A DNA stretch of 60,352 nt, filler included, from Sphacelaria rigidula (Eukaryota), in NCBI GenBank assembly GCA_964200075.2. It is 9 parts of 9 records of this genome, joined end to end, with 100 filler letters (N's around TTAATTAATTAA, not from the genome) between each part and the next. Parts side by side here need not be neighbours in the genome. Positions count along the whole stretch, not along the records: positions 33,587 to 40,203 come from CAXNAA020019034.1; positions 40,304 to 46,920 come from CAXNAA020019035.1; positions 47,021 to 53,636 come from CAXNAA020019036.1; 6 more parts are not named here. One strand, 5' to 3'. A program made the translations under genes and the position numbers. The notes beneath the pieces are model-generated. The model made no database searches. It saw only the letters and a program-made list of their open reading frames with translations, and was not told the DNA's origin. The number at the start of each line of letters is the position of its first letter. The stretch's first letter is position 1. This document shows positions 36,901 to 48,430 of this stretch, piece by piece.

Positions 36901-37217
36901 CTCAGTCTACTGCATCTCTGACGACGACTACCATGGCTGCTGCGAATTTCACAAGCAGATCGATTGATCAGGTAAGGCAACAGGACAGACAGTGGAGTCA
37001 GTCTAGAGCACAACAGGCAATAGTGTAATCATTGAGAAGGGGGTACTGCTCGTATCACGGACGTCGAAGCTTATCTCAAGACGCACTACTGAGGTCTAGA
37101 GGGCGGCCTCGAGGGGACGGAGGAAGGTCTTGCGGAGATGTATTTGTTCTTGCACAAATGTCGCGTCGGCAGTTGTGTTAGTTGACCTGTCGGTCAATAC
37201 TTCCGGAGACATAATTG

Positions 37218-37357
37218 CAAGGTCGTGTTCTGTAGGGTACGGTTTTCTGTATACCCGGGGTATTTTGCCGGGTATTTACCGTACCCGACAGTTCTGTAAA
37301 CTCTGTAGGAATCCATACCCTACAGAACGTACCCGTACCTTACGGAACACAACTTTG
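37218..37357. mobile_element. 140-bp MITE with CAAGG-type termini (P-like)
   Basis: CAAGGTCGTGTTCTGTAGGG...CCTTACGGAACACAACTTTG. Flanks CATAATTG / CATATTTT are a possible decayed 8-bp TSD. Confidence 0.65.
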
Positions 37358-37465
37358 CATATTTTAGCGGGGAAACGCGGTGGTGCGATAAAGTTGAGGT
37401 GTTTTCGGCATGTACAGACGACAGTTCGAGTAGCGCCAAAACGGCCTGATTTTGAGGTCCATCGA

Positions 37466-37466
<1 letters not shown>

Positions 37467-37503
<37 letters not shown>

Positions 37504-37504
37504 C
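37467..37504. repeat. (GTT)n microsatellite
   Basis: About 12 perfect units. Confidence 0.95.
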
Positions 37505-38669
37505 TTCACCTTAAAAGCCGTTCCGATATCTGCGCGGTANNNNNNNNNNTAAAATAAAATAGATCCAGAGTGAAAAACTCACAAAACGCGATACAAGCAA
37601 ACAGAAATAAAGAAGAAAGAAAATCGAATGATTTGAGATATTAGGTTTGCTGGCTCAGCACAGCCAGAAGATTACCGTGTCGACTGGCGCCATGAACCTG
37701 ACTCCCATCAACACTGCATCCATAACAGGGGTCCGATCTTGAAACCGACTTACGCCGACAGCGTAGGCCCGCGTGACCCCTAATTTTCGGTTACAAAAGT
37801 CATTTCTTGCCTCAAATTCGGGATCCTCGCTGGTTTGCCAAGGATAACGAACCAAAACATCATTATGGTGTACAACAACGTCAAATTTCAACTCGACGTT
37901 CGTTAAACCTCAAGCCTAAACGCAGTCTCATCAGGCGCAAACTTGAGAAATATGCTTTCGGCTGGCCTACTGATTTTTTGTGAGAGGCAAAGTCGCTGTT
38001 TGGGTTGCAACTAGCTTGATTCTCGCAGCCAGAAAAACAACATATATAACATGTACAGTAAGCCTCTCATTGACGAGGTGGGAAATATCAACATCTGGTA
38101 ATGCCGTAGGACGCATGATGGCTGAAACATTCGAGTACTGAAGGGGTCAACAAGAAGAAAATTGCAACATGCACACTGTCTGTCTGTCATTGCGATGTTT
38201 TCGGTTTCGCCGTGTTTCGCTGCTGCTCACACGGTAGGTGGTGCTTTCCAAAGCACAAGCAGAGGGTCAGGGAGCTCTAGTACACAGAAGCATCGGGGGC
38301 ATGCGCCTGAGAAGCTTCGATCCATTCCTGATGCTTGACGAGTTCGATGTGGATCCTTCCGCTGGGTTCCCCGACCATCCACACAGGTGAGCAAATATTT
38401 TCCTCCGCACGCACGACAGGACAAAACACAAACAAGAGAATACATGACACAGTAAATCAAATCAACTATACCGGCGTGAGTGTGTCCTTCTAGAGCGCGT
38501 TCTAGATCACGTGCTGGAACATGTGATATATTACATGCCAGGACGACCTGTGCTTGTTTTGTTCGTGTGATTTGGCTCCGGTATCTCGAGGACGGGTGGT
38601 CTGGTCGCGAGGCGACCTAAAGTTTTGGTTGTATATCTATGGTTGATATTTTCTAACAAACTAACAATA

Positions 38670-38830
38670 ACGCTAATCCCAACCCTAATCCCGACCCAAG
38701 GCGTACGGGACCCCCGGGCAAGAGGGGTGCAATGGTAGCCCTAGGCAACGCGTTCGTCGGCAGACCTGAAATCGACGCCGCAGGCGCCGATTTCGACAAA
38801 TACACGTTCTGGATCAGCTGGGTCCACTGC
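38670..38830 (+). repeat. CCCTAA-containing dispersed repeat copy
   Basis: CTAATCCCAACCCTAATCCC...CCCCGGGCAAG...GGCGCCGATTTCGACAAA, similar to 25630-25800. Confidence 0.55.
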
Positions 38831-38964
38831 TCACCTGCCCCAAACCATGAATTTTCTCATAAGTTTCTCGAGTCTAAATCAAGCAGTCATGTCAACAAAA
38901 GATATACGACCAACGATTTAGTACTACTGCTGGACGCTGCCTTGCTTGATTCTGCCAGGAACCG

Positions 38965-38965
<1 letters not shown>

Positions 38966-39000
<35 letters not shown>
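38966..39000. repeat. (GT)n microsatellite
   Basis: About 17 units. Confidence 0.95.
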
Positions 39001-39001
<1 letters not shown>

Positions 39002-40203
39002 GTGGGATTTCACAGCGAAGGTGTGCACATGTCGTGTAGGACGTGCAAAGAAACACGCAAAAAATAATTAAATTAGTACACCATCGAATTTGGTATGTGG
39101 CGAGACTAAAATGGTGACTTGAATATATCTTGAAATTTGTCGTCACCCCGTTCCTTTTTTCCGTGAATCCAATTGATGTACTGTACAACTCTTGCAATTC
39201 AGTGTATCAGGTCATGAGTTTTGATACCACGACCACATGCATCCCGATGCGAATGGTTTCGATCCGGTTCGGAATGTACACATGCTCGTCTCATGCAGTG
39301 AAGATCCATTTTTTCGCATATTCGTGGAACTGGTCGCAGTAAATGAATACATAGTAACGCCTGGACATGCACCTTTTACTCGTCCTGCCGGCAAAATGTT
39401 GCTTCGATTCTGCGTATAATGATTACGCAGGGGATTCGAAACGGTTACCTACATGCTCAAGGGGACCATGGAACACGAAGATTTTTGCGGACACAGGTGA
39501 CAAAGCTGAACTTTTGTGAGTTTTTAAACTCTCTGTTGCTGTCGTCGTCCGGGGAAGCGTCTGACAAGACTTCGTGAACAGAAATCAACCTTCTCTTTTT
39601 TCAAGCTTTGACTGCGATAGCGGTCCATTTGAGTCCGTGTAAACCAATGCACCACTACTGTTCTGTACGGTTACACGCACAGAAAAAAACCCCGAATCTT
39701 CGGTGGTGAAAACGGTTGACACTTTGTACACGACGTGTTAAAAAGCAGTGGCATCAGCACTTTACACTAAAACCCCCTTTTTTTTGCCCCCCCGTCCCCC
39801 CCGTCCCCCTATTTTTTCATCCGGTCTTCACTCTCCCTCGGGGTCATTCATTTTTTTTTTATTCGCCGGGCGTAGAGGCAAGATTGGTCCTGGCAGCCTG
39901 CAATGGATGACGGCGGTGAGTGCTACTGTACGCACTTTGAAAATGTTTTTGTGGTTCCTCGGTGTACGGGAAAGCTTGCCATTTGGTCATACTCCTGGTT
40001 CTTCTGTGAGAAGATTGAGTCAGCCGGGTTCCTCTTTCCGAACTTTGCGTGCAAAAAAGAGGGGGGTGCTCCTGCTTCCTCTCGTTAGAGAGAGAGGGAG
40101 GGAGAGAGAGAGTATTGCATCAAGTTGTACCCTCCCGAAACGCGGAACCCCCCCCCCCCCCCCCACCCCACACCAACCACGCGGAGGGCCGCAGGCGAAG
40201 AGG

Positions 40204-40303
40204 NNNNNNNNNNNNNNNNNNNNNNNNNNNNNNNNNNNNNNNNNNNNTTAATTAATTAANNNNNNNNNNNNNNNNNNNNNNNNNNNNNNNNNNNNNNNNN
40301 NNN
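40204..40303. other. artificial scaffold linker
   Basis: N44-TTAATTAATTAA-N44. Confidence 0.98.
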
Positions 40304-40437
40304 ATTTTTCCCCCCCCCCGCCCCTTTTTTTTTGTCTCCGATGTCTTCTGGCCGACGTTTTACGAAAACTCTCCAACAATACTCGGGAAAAAAAAACACG
40401 AAAACGAAAATAAAAAACAGAGGATGGTGCTGCTAAC

Positions 40438-41676
40438 GGAAGAGCTGGAGCTGGAGCTAAAGCTAGAGCACTCCAGGTATTCGTCGGCCCAGTTAAGAAA
40501 GGATTTTTTGTGGATCATGACGATCTCAACGTGTCTCGGAGGCGGGGGGCTGCGGAGACAACAACCACGAGGGAGGAGGGAGTTACGGGAGGAAACTTGC
40601 ATTTTTTGGGAGCCTTCTCATCTTCGGTTGTGTTGCCGAATCTTAACGCGGTAAACGGCGTGGTTCACGGGATCTCAAGTATCATGACCCACCCAGGTTA
40701 CAAGAGGCCGCCACCCAAACCCTCCGGCGGATAACTGATGGGATGATGAAGACGAATAGCTCTGTGTTGGTGTCCCGAAGAAGATTGATCGATCGAGTGC
40801 TCTCTTCATGAATGATATCTGCTATATGTGCGACAAATCCAGTGGCAGTCATCGGGGAGAGATGAGTTGATCCCTTGAGAGCACGGACTCGTTTGGAGGA
40901 AGGGGACGGGTTCAACGTGCGACAAACAAATATTGAAACAAATATTGATGTGCTCTGTCTCCCATAATTCTGGTCTTGAGTTGGACAAAAGTACGGTGTA
41001 GCTTAGGCCGCCGCCGCGTCTTTTTTTTTGTCTAGATTCCCGCTCCGCGATATTTCTGTGTTTTGCGAGGTGAAGCGGTTGGGGTGGGACCCTCAGAGGA
41101 GGAGCTGACAAATACTTACGATACAGTATGCAGACATGGGGGTGCAGTATTCTCGTGCGACTACAGTCAGCTGCTGGGGATTTAGTTCAACGCGCTCAAT
41201 TGAGTGATGCGTGCCGTGTGTACTGCGTCTTACTCTGGGGCTTTGCGAGCGTAGGCGGTTGGTTGCTCTTCCTGTGTCAGAAGTGAAAGCGGCGTATGCT
41301 TGTGCTTGGTGTACACGTGCGGTCGTGTCCGCGTATGTGTATGTTACCATGTGCGTTTGTGTATATACGATATGTTGAATTTCTACCATGGAAGCATCGG
41401 TGAAGTGGGTGCTTTTTTTGTGGTCTAGTTAGTAACTTGATTTGAAGGGCCGCTGGCTATGGTACTGGCATCTGCGAGTAGCAATGTGATTGGCGAGGAG
41501 AAAAAAGAACGAAGGGAAACTCGACTACTGATGAATACAGGGGTGATATCGCGCCTAACAGTGAGGAAGAAGGTGCTCTTTGGATGCGCCACGCGACAGT
41601 GCTCCCCTCTCCTGCCTCCGCGAGTAACGTCCGGTCCTTGACAATGAAGGTGTTCCGCGACGAGAAAAGCCCCTCT
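40438..41676 (-). CDS. candidate exons of a divergent LURP-one-related (Tubby C2/scramblase-like) protein
   Basis: Exon-like pieces EGLFSSRNTFIVKD...VAWRIQRAPSSSL (from 41676), DHKKSTHFTDASM (near 41387-41424), QLTVVAREYCTPMSAYCI (41173-41120, donor GTAAGT) and PPPPRHVEIVMIHKKSFLNWADEY (40549-40438) are collinear with recalled LOR motifs (KLFS--DDFTIKD, ATISKKWFSWGDTY). Not all phases close. Confidence 0.3.
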
Positions 41677-42620
41677 CTTGTTGGTTGGAAACGTCGATTG
41701 ATTGATTGATTGGTGTATTGATTGATTCATTGGTTTGATTGCCGCACATTACCTGATTGATCATCTACAAATACACTCGTGGCCATTAGATAGACATGCC
41801 CACGGTGGAAACACGGCACCACGCTCGCTAGAGGAGGAACCTCAAGAAAGGGGAGATGGATGGGGAAGGAAGACAGAACAGGGGCGATTGGAAACGGGAA
41901 AAGACAATAATCAAGAGGAAAGGAAAGGAGAGAAGAGGCAAGGAAAAGAGAAGGGAAAAACAGATCGAGAAAACGCAAGGCAAAGATGAACGATACCGAT
42001 CCCGAGAAAAGATGGAAAAAAACTGCAGACATCAACGAGTAGCACATGGTTACAGATGAAAGAGAAGGCCGTGCAACGAAGCAACAAAACAACAAAACAA
42101 CTAACATCTGTGGTGTGAAAACCGTCTTTTTCGTTCGAACGGACATATCTTCGAGCGTGCCCAGTTCCTGCGACCGAAATACCCCGTGGTTATTGGCGGA
42201 GTTTTACGACGCCGTCCTGCTCATCGCAATGCCGCATAGAGTCAAAGTTAACCGTTAGACAGCGAGGGTACTCCACCTGGATCATCCATACTATTTTTCG
42301 GGTCAACTTGATGCCGATTCAACAGATGATCTACTCTCGCCGTCACTGATGATGATTTTTCCAGGTCGGTATCCAAGCATGGAAAATGGAACAAGCCAAA
42401 CCAGCGAGCCGAACTGGTGGGATCGGACGGCCAGTTGCCATTCATGTACTGTGAGAAGGCTCGATCATGTCCCCGTAACGGTCTCGACAGCAGACAGAAA
42501 ACATACCGCTCGCTCCCCAGGAGAAAACCACGCTCGACACGCAAAATCGCGTACAAAATCAATCCCCCTTGGTTGCTCCTCCGAAAAATCGCCATTGCGG
42601 CTCAAAAGAGTAATTGAAGG

Positions 42621-42952
42621 TCAAAGACGAGCCGGTGGAATGGCAGCATCGCTAGGCCTGGTATGCCTCGTGAATGTGGTTGGCTCCACCATATGCTCTC
42701 TAATATTAGCATAACTATCCGTTTCTCCGTTATGGCTTCGATTCAACGTAGCATCTGCTCGTCCTGGATTCCGATCTGGCACTAGTGGTTGTTGTCGTCG
42801 TCGTCGATGTACTGACATCGTCCTGAACAGTGACGGAGCCACTTTCATGACGAGGAACATGTCACCGGTGACTTTCAGGCGGCCCGACATGAAGGCAGCG
42901 TTCGGCTTGAGCTTGCCCGCGCAGAGCAGCGCGAATGCTTCGTGTGGCATCT
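42621..42952 (-). CDS. SCP2 sterol-binding domain protein, last exon, ending in PTS1-like ARL
   Basis: After CTAG acceptor: MPHEAFALLCAGKLKPNAAFMSGRLKVTGDMFLVMKV (SCP2 signature F--L--GKL-P--AFMSG-LK--G-M---MK), then about 70 aa of extension and ...PPARL*. Confidence 0.85.
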
Positions 42953-43201
42953 CTAGCGTTGCGTCGACCTGTTGTGTTGTTACGGTACGTACGGGCGGTG
43001 TTCAGTAGAGATGTGTGGAGGTCGACATACTGTATGTGCCATATCACATGTAAACCGGAGATGAGGCAGTTGCAGGAGTCCAACCCGTGGACAGTTCGAC
43101 AGGCCCGAAAGTTCTCAAGTCTATACAGCCGAATTTCCGGGACCCTAGACAACGGTACAAAAGCTCAACATAACAAGAGCCACCGTTGAGCCCTTGTGTG
43201 T

Positions 43202-43231
43202 CACAACACAACACAACACAACACAACACAA
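43202..43231. repeat. (CACAA)n microsatellite
   Basis: 6 units. Confidence 0.9.
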
Positions 43232-43736
43232 CCTTGAATTATCCTGTACCCGGTTTAAGTTGATTCCAACAGCCTAATACCCAGGCTCCGGTCAATCCTT
43301 GCCCCAAATAATAAGAAAGAAAATAATCGTCTCGCCTGATGGTTGACACCGTTCACAGATGAGGAGATAATACGCATAAACAATGCGGTCTGTGCTATCT
43401 TTAAATGGGGACGATGATGCGGGGTATTTTCCAATCAAAAATCGGTCAATTATGTGCCGTCACCGTCAGAGAATCTCTGACGGGTCAAAGAATGGAAACA
43501 TATGCATGTGGGTGAAGGAGTTAGTCATCATCTACTGTTGGATGGCAACTGTGGAGGAACCGCCGAGAGTCTATGAGCGCTCAGAATGCTCTCGCCGGCT
43601 GGCGAAGTACCAGACATGACGGCGTTTCCCAAGTTTAATGCGCCAGGGAACTTTATTGTGCACACAAAGCTTTTCTAGATCCATGGATTGAAGAGTCGAG
43701 TACAAGACCCGTTGTGTAGAAAGTATAGCAGGGTTT

Positions 43737-45380
43737 CACGGTTCGGACGAATCAGAGGTCATACGGGTTGACTCCCCACGAATGTTGAATGTGAATCATG
43801 TACCAAAGAGTTATCCGGTATGAATCGCGGATGGTAAAGTTGTACGTTCAAGGTCGTACCGCACGAATCACGGACTGGAAACGTGTACACTGCAAGTAGT
43901 AACAGACGAATCAGGAATAATGCAAGATATGTACGAATCACACATCTTGTATGAATCTTGGGCGGGAAATATGTACACTTGATTTATGTCGCATGCATCG
44001 GAGGTAGGGAAACATGTACGTACTGTTCATGCTGCATAAACGAAGATTGGGAACCCTGTACGCTTGATTCACCTCGTATGGATGGAAGGCGGAGAACATG
44101 TACGTATGATTCATGCTGCATGAACGGAAATTGGGAAACATGTAGGTGCGATACACCCGTTTGAATGGAAGGTGCAGAACGCGTGCCAGTGATCCATGCT
44201 ACATGGATGGAAGGGGAGATACATGTACACTTGATTCACCTCGTATGAATGGAAGGTGAAGAACATGTATCTATGATTCATGCTCACGAACGCAAGGTGG
44301 AAAACATGTACGTACATGAATCACGTGATTGATGCTGTATGAATAATAGGGAAATAAACAGCTACAAGAATCACTCTAGGCGCGCAGATGCGTGCTGTGC
44401 CATACTGTACCGTACTGCCCGGGGACTGCAGAGTATGCTGTCGGAGTTTTCAGAAAAAATCCCGCGAGCATGCGAGGACAACTCGTGCTGGGGCTGTGTT
44501 CTCCGCAAGTGTTCGTGGTATTGTATACAGTATGTTCAGGTCAACTGTGCCACAGGATACAGCAAGGAACCACAAAGGTTGTCAATAGCATAGCTCGGTG
44601 GGGGGGAAATGGCTAGAAAAACCGCTCTGGGCACGCAGACGCGTGTGTTGTACTACCACAGTTGATGTGTTACGTGTGAGAACAAGTTTGAAATTGAGTA
44701 CGAGTATATTGCGGATTTGGCTCTTGAGGGGTTCGCGACCTGTACGCTCTTATCTACCGAACCCACTTCCAACAGGGCCGCGCCACCGAACAGTCGCGCC
44801 CCATGAAATGATAGGTGAGAAACAACATGTTCGCGATATTTATATCATATTACCAGAAGGTGGAGAACATGTACGCATGATTCGCGCTGCATAAATGAAA
44901 AGTGGAAAACATGTACGCTTGGTTCACCTCGAATGAATGGAAGGTGGGGAACATGTACGTATGATGCATGCGCATGAATGGAAATTGGGAAACATGTACG
45001 CTTGATTCGCCTCGAACGAATGAAGGTGGGGAACACGTACGTATGGTTCATGCTGCATGAACGGGAATTGGAAATTGTGTACGCTCGATTCACCTCGTGT
45101 AAATGGGAGGTGGAGAACGTGTGCTCATGATTCGTGCTGAACGAATAGAAATTGGGAAACATGTACTTATGATTCACGGTACACGAATGGAGGGTAGGAA
45201 ACGTGTACCTTCGACGGTGTACCGCACGAATCACGAACTGGAAATGTGTACACTTGAAGCGGTGTCGTACGAATCACGAACCCAAACATGTACACACCAC
45301 AACTTGTGTACGAATCGTATGATTGATTTGTCCAAATGTTGAACATGATTCGAATCACGATTTCATTCGTCCGAATCGTG
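43737..45380. mobile_element. 1.64-kb non-autonomous TIR element (hAT- or P-like) carrying minisatellite arrays
   Basis: 16-bp TIR CACGGTTCGGACGAAT / ATTCGTCCGAATCGTG; flanks CAGGGTTT (43729-43736) and TAGGGTTT (45381-45388) form an 8-bp TSD with 1 mismatch. Internal 40/80-bp tandem units (GGAAACATGTACG.TTGATTCAC...) at 43950-44330 and 44850-45250. Confidence 0.8.
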
Positions 45381-46121
45381 TAGGGTTTCCTCGGCCAGCA
45401 TCTATGCCAGTCGAGTGGTGGCAGGAAAAGACCACTAACCCATTCTTACGCCAAGATAAGATAAAACAACAATACATGTAAATGCCCGCACTTGGCCGGC
45501 ATACAAGAATCGTTACACTTTTTGGCAGCAACTTCGCTTGGGGATTGCTCCACCGCCGGTGAAGTATCCGCCGCGAAACTTGGCGCACACCACCCGGACA
45601 CAAAAGAAGGCAAAATAAAGCATAAATCGGCGGCGCGTTCAGACCGTGCTCAAAACCGAACACAGCTTCGAGCAATTTTGGGGTCATACCACCCTCAAAG
45701 CGGCTGTCCTGCAGCTCAAGCTTCGTGCACCGTGAGTGAATGCATATCTGCACAAGCTGGTGCACTGACTTCTACATCACGAAGCGGCTGGGCGACTCTT
45801 GCGCTGGCAAACAACATCGTTATGTACTGGGATACCCTGTGGATAATGACAATCTACCCAAAAGTCATTTACTTATCGCCTGTAGAGGTGCTCAGTTTGG
45901 GAGGCACTGCAACGCGCCAAAAACTTCGGCGACATGTCATGTAAGCCACAGTCAACGAGCCCACCTCGTTGGCTTTACGGTTGCGCGTCAGAGCAGTGCC
46001 CAACGGGGTAAAAAGAGGTAATATGTTGTTCCAAAGGAAAATTTCATGTAGGAACCAGCACATAGATGGGAAAAAATAAAAATTCCCACAAGTGTCTGTT
46101 GAGGAAGCACCTTTTCTCATT

Positions 46122-46191
46122 GGCGACACCCTGAGATAAGTCGTACGCTTTATGACCAGAAGGTCTCGGGTTCGAATCCCGGCTCCCACCA
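46122..46191 (+). pseudogene. degenerate tRNA-derived sequence
   Basis: T-arm/B-box CGGGTTCGAATCCCG followed by CCCACCA; acceptor, D and anticodon stems do not pair. Confidence 0.5.
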
Positions 46192-46351
46192 AAAGAGCGG
46201 CTTAAAGTTACGTTGGCACAAAATAGTAGTGAAGAAGGTCGGGGATAACACAACTGGTGGAAGAGTTCGAAGTAGAGGTTAGACCACATTGTGCGGAGCA
46301 GAAGAAGCTAAACTGCGCGCAAAGGGGATGATCGCAGCAAGCAGCGCTAAA

Positions 46352-46683
46352 TGGTGAGACCCCCATGAGGCCGTGTAACACGTCGCTGTCTCTAGAAGTG
46401 GCGATAAAAGAGAATCAAGCAAGTCATTGTAAGCTGCCATCCGAATGCAACATAATCACTACGCTTCGCGTCGAAAAACCTCTACGGGATGAAGGTCATC
46501 CCTCATGCGACACGCCGAACACATCACGGTGCTTCGCGCTTGGTTATAGACTGCGAGCCTGGTCGGGCGAAAACTCGGCGCGCTCGGTCCCGGTCTTGTA
46601 AAGATGCGAGGTCAACCTTCTCATAATTACGGCATGCAAGATCATGGGTATACCCGCCACCCCCCCCCCCCGGCCTCCCCCCT
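46352..46683 (+). mobile_element. full-length SINE-like copy (diverged)
   Basis: Collinear with 812-1102 from TGGTGAGACCCCCATGAGG to GATCATGGGTATACCCGCCA-Cn. Confidence 0.85.
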
Positions 46684-46689
46684 ACTTCC

Positions 46690-46775
46690 TCTCCATCTCG
46701 AAGGGGATGCGTGGCAACTGGCCAAATGACTAAGGCAAGCAACAAATGAGCACGCCCCCCCCCCCTCCCCCTCCA
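46690..46775 (+). mobile_element. LINE 3' end directly behind the SINE C-tail
   Basis: CTCCATCTCGAAGGGGATGCGTGGCAACTGGCCAAATGACTAAGGCAAGCAACAAATGAGCACG-C11. Confidence 0.85.
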
Positions 46776-46920
46776 TCATGATCATACGCTCGTAATCATT
46801 TTTTTAGAACAAAACGCTCAATCTCTAACACATCAAAACGGCATTGAACAGTGGATCCTAGAAAATGAGGTTCATACAAAATATGGGGTTGAAGTAGCAT
46901 TTCTCTTTTGCAGGGAAGAC

Positions 46921-47020
46921 NNNNNNNNNNNNNNNNNNNNNNNNNNNNNNNNNNNNNNNNNNNNTTAATTAATTAANNNNNNNNNNNNNNNNNNNNNNNN
47001 NNNNNNNNNNNNNNNNNNNN
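46921..47020. other. artificial scaffold linker
   Basis: N44-TTAATTAATTAA-N44. Confidence 0.98.
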
Positions 47021-47164
47021 GCGGATTGACAAACCGCACCGTGATAATCCGCACCGCGGAGCGGATTGTCCTCCGTACACATCCCTGGAAATTTTGCGCA
47101 TAGGTGCTCTGAGATTCAGAAAGGATGTATAAACGGGGTCTTCCGGAGGAGGGCTCCGGATTAA

Positions 47165-47635
47165 TAGCCGATCATCAAAATTGAGGATGGAGCTTTTCAT
47201 CATTGAGGATGATAACCCGGAATATTCAAACATTCGTATCCACTCCGAACCTTCGAAATATGGTTGCATTCTTTCACCTCCTGGTAGCTTTTGAAAACTA
47301 ATACGCGCCACGAAAAATTGGATCCCGACAACAACAGAAATGTTGGGGTTCCGACAACAACAGAAATGTTGGGGTCCTAGGTACGAAAAACTGTTCTGCG
47401 GAATTAAGGTGATCAGAACGGGCCGCCCGATTTCCTCAGAATCGTTCGCTCACCTAGGACCCCAACCATTTTGGTTATCGAAATCCTAATTTGTAGGGCG
47501 TGTAGTAGTTTTCAACAGCTACCAGGAGGTGAAGGAAGCATGTTTCGAATAATTGTTGTGGACACGAAGGCTTTACTTTTTCCGTGTTATCATCCTCAAA
47601 GAAAAGCTCCATCCTCGGCTTAATGATCGGCTGTG
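47165..47635. mobile_element. foldback element, paralog of 14520-15240 without the nested MITE
   Basis: Inverted arms AGCCGATCAT..GAGGATGGAGCTTTTC / GAAAAGCTCCATCCTC..ATGATCGGCT; includes a 26-bp tandem duplication at 47325-47375. Confidence 0.8.
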
Positions 47636-47665
47636 GGATGTCCAGCGAAAAAAATCGAAAGACTC

Positions 47666-47870
47666 CAAGGGCAGGTCGAGTAGAGTATACTCAATTGCGG
47701 GGTATTTTGAAAGACGTACTTGGGGTACTCAAGTTAGGGTAGAGTATTGGGGGTCGTACCCAAAAAATGGATGGGAAGCGATTCCTGAAACCCTACCCCC
47801 AATTTGTGGACGTTAAGCACGACTTTCAAAATACCCCGCAATTGAGTATGCTCTACTCGACCTACCCTTG
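47666..47870. mobile_element. 205-bp MITE, CAAGGG...CCCTTG termini, perfect 8-bp TSD (P-like)
   Basis: About 50-bp TIRs; AAAGACTC at 47658-47665 and 47871-47878; right-half copy near 50050-50169. Confidence 0.92.
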
Positions 47871-48217
47871 AAAGACTCCTATCACTGACACCGCCTCCTG
47901 AGCCCCCGGAAATCAGGCGAAAAAAATCGGAAGATTCCATTCGTTCACCATTTCAAAATAGTATCTCAGATAACCCGTGTGCAAAAAATCAGGGTGACTA
48001 AAAAAAAATGACGTGAAGGATCGCTGAGGAGTAAATTCCGGCCGTTCGCCCTGAACCAGTCTGTACCCTAATAATACCCCTACCCTACATGTACCCTCTA
48101 GATAATATATATATACGATGTCTCCATATGACGCGTTGTAGTCATGTTTTTCGGAGGGATATACAAAATAATAGAACAAAATAAAGTATCGTTTTATACA
48201 ATGTACCATAGCCATAA

Positions 48218-48430
48218 TAGAGGTAAGTCAGACTCGGCTCCCGGTATCCTGGCTTATTCGCTTTGGCTCTGAGCTGTGTACTTTTTTTTCAAGTGAAAGT
48301 GATCGCGATTCATAGGAGGACCTGACCTGGCGGTGAAAGGATCTCATCATCTGATGAATCGCCATCACTTTCACTTGAAAAAATAGAACAAAACAAACCA
48401 GGATAGCGAGCCGAGTTTGGGATACCTCTA
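48218..48430. mobile_element. MITE-like inverted repeat (TAGAGGTA...TACCTCTA)
   Basis: Nested inverted blocks ACTCGGCTC/GAGCCGAGT, TATCCTGG/CCAGGATA and TTTTTTCAAGTGAAAGTGAT/ATCACTTTCACTTGAAAAAA; no TSD seen. Confidence 0.7.

Noticed and set aside
37130..37552. ORFs with poly-Val or poly-Thr
   Set aside because: Products of a (GTT)n microsatellite and a MITE.
37655..39420. Protein-like fragments (DPEFEARNDFCNRKLG; YYVFIYCDQFHEYAKKWIF)
   Set aside because: Interrupted by stops, no recognisable family and no consistent splice chain.
43950..45250. CRISPR-like array
   Set aside because: Units are degenerate tandem repeats without unique spacers, there are no cas genes, and the context is a eukaryotic TIR element. 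The same applies to 57026-57207 and 31915-33478.
46122..46191. Functional tRNA gene
   Set aside because: Only the T-arm pairs; kept as a tRNA-derived remnant.
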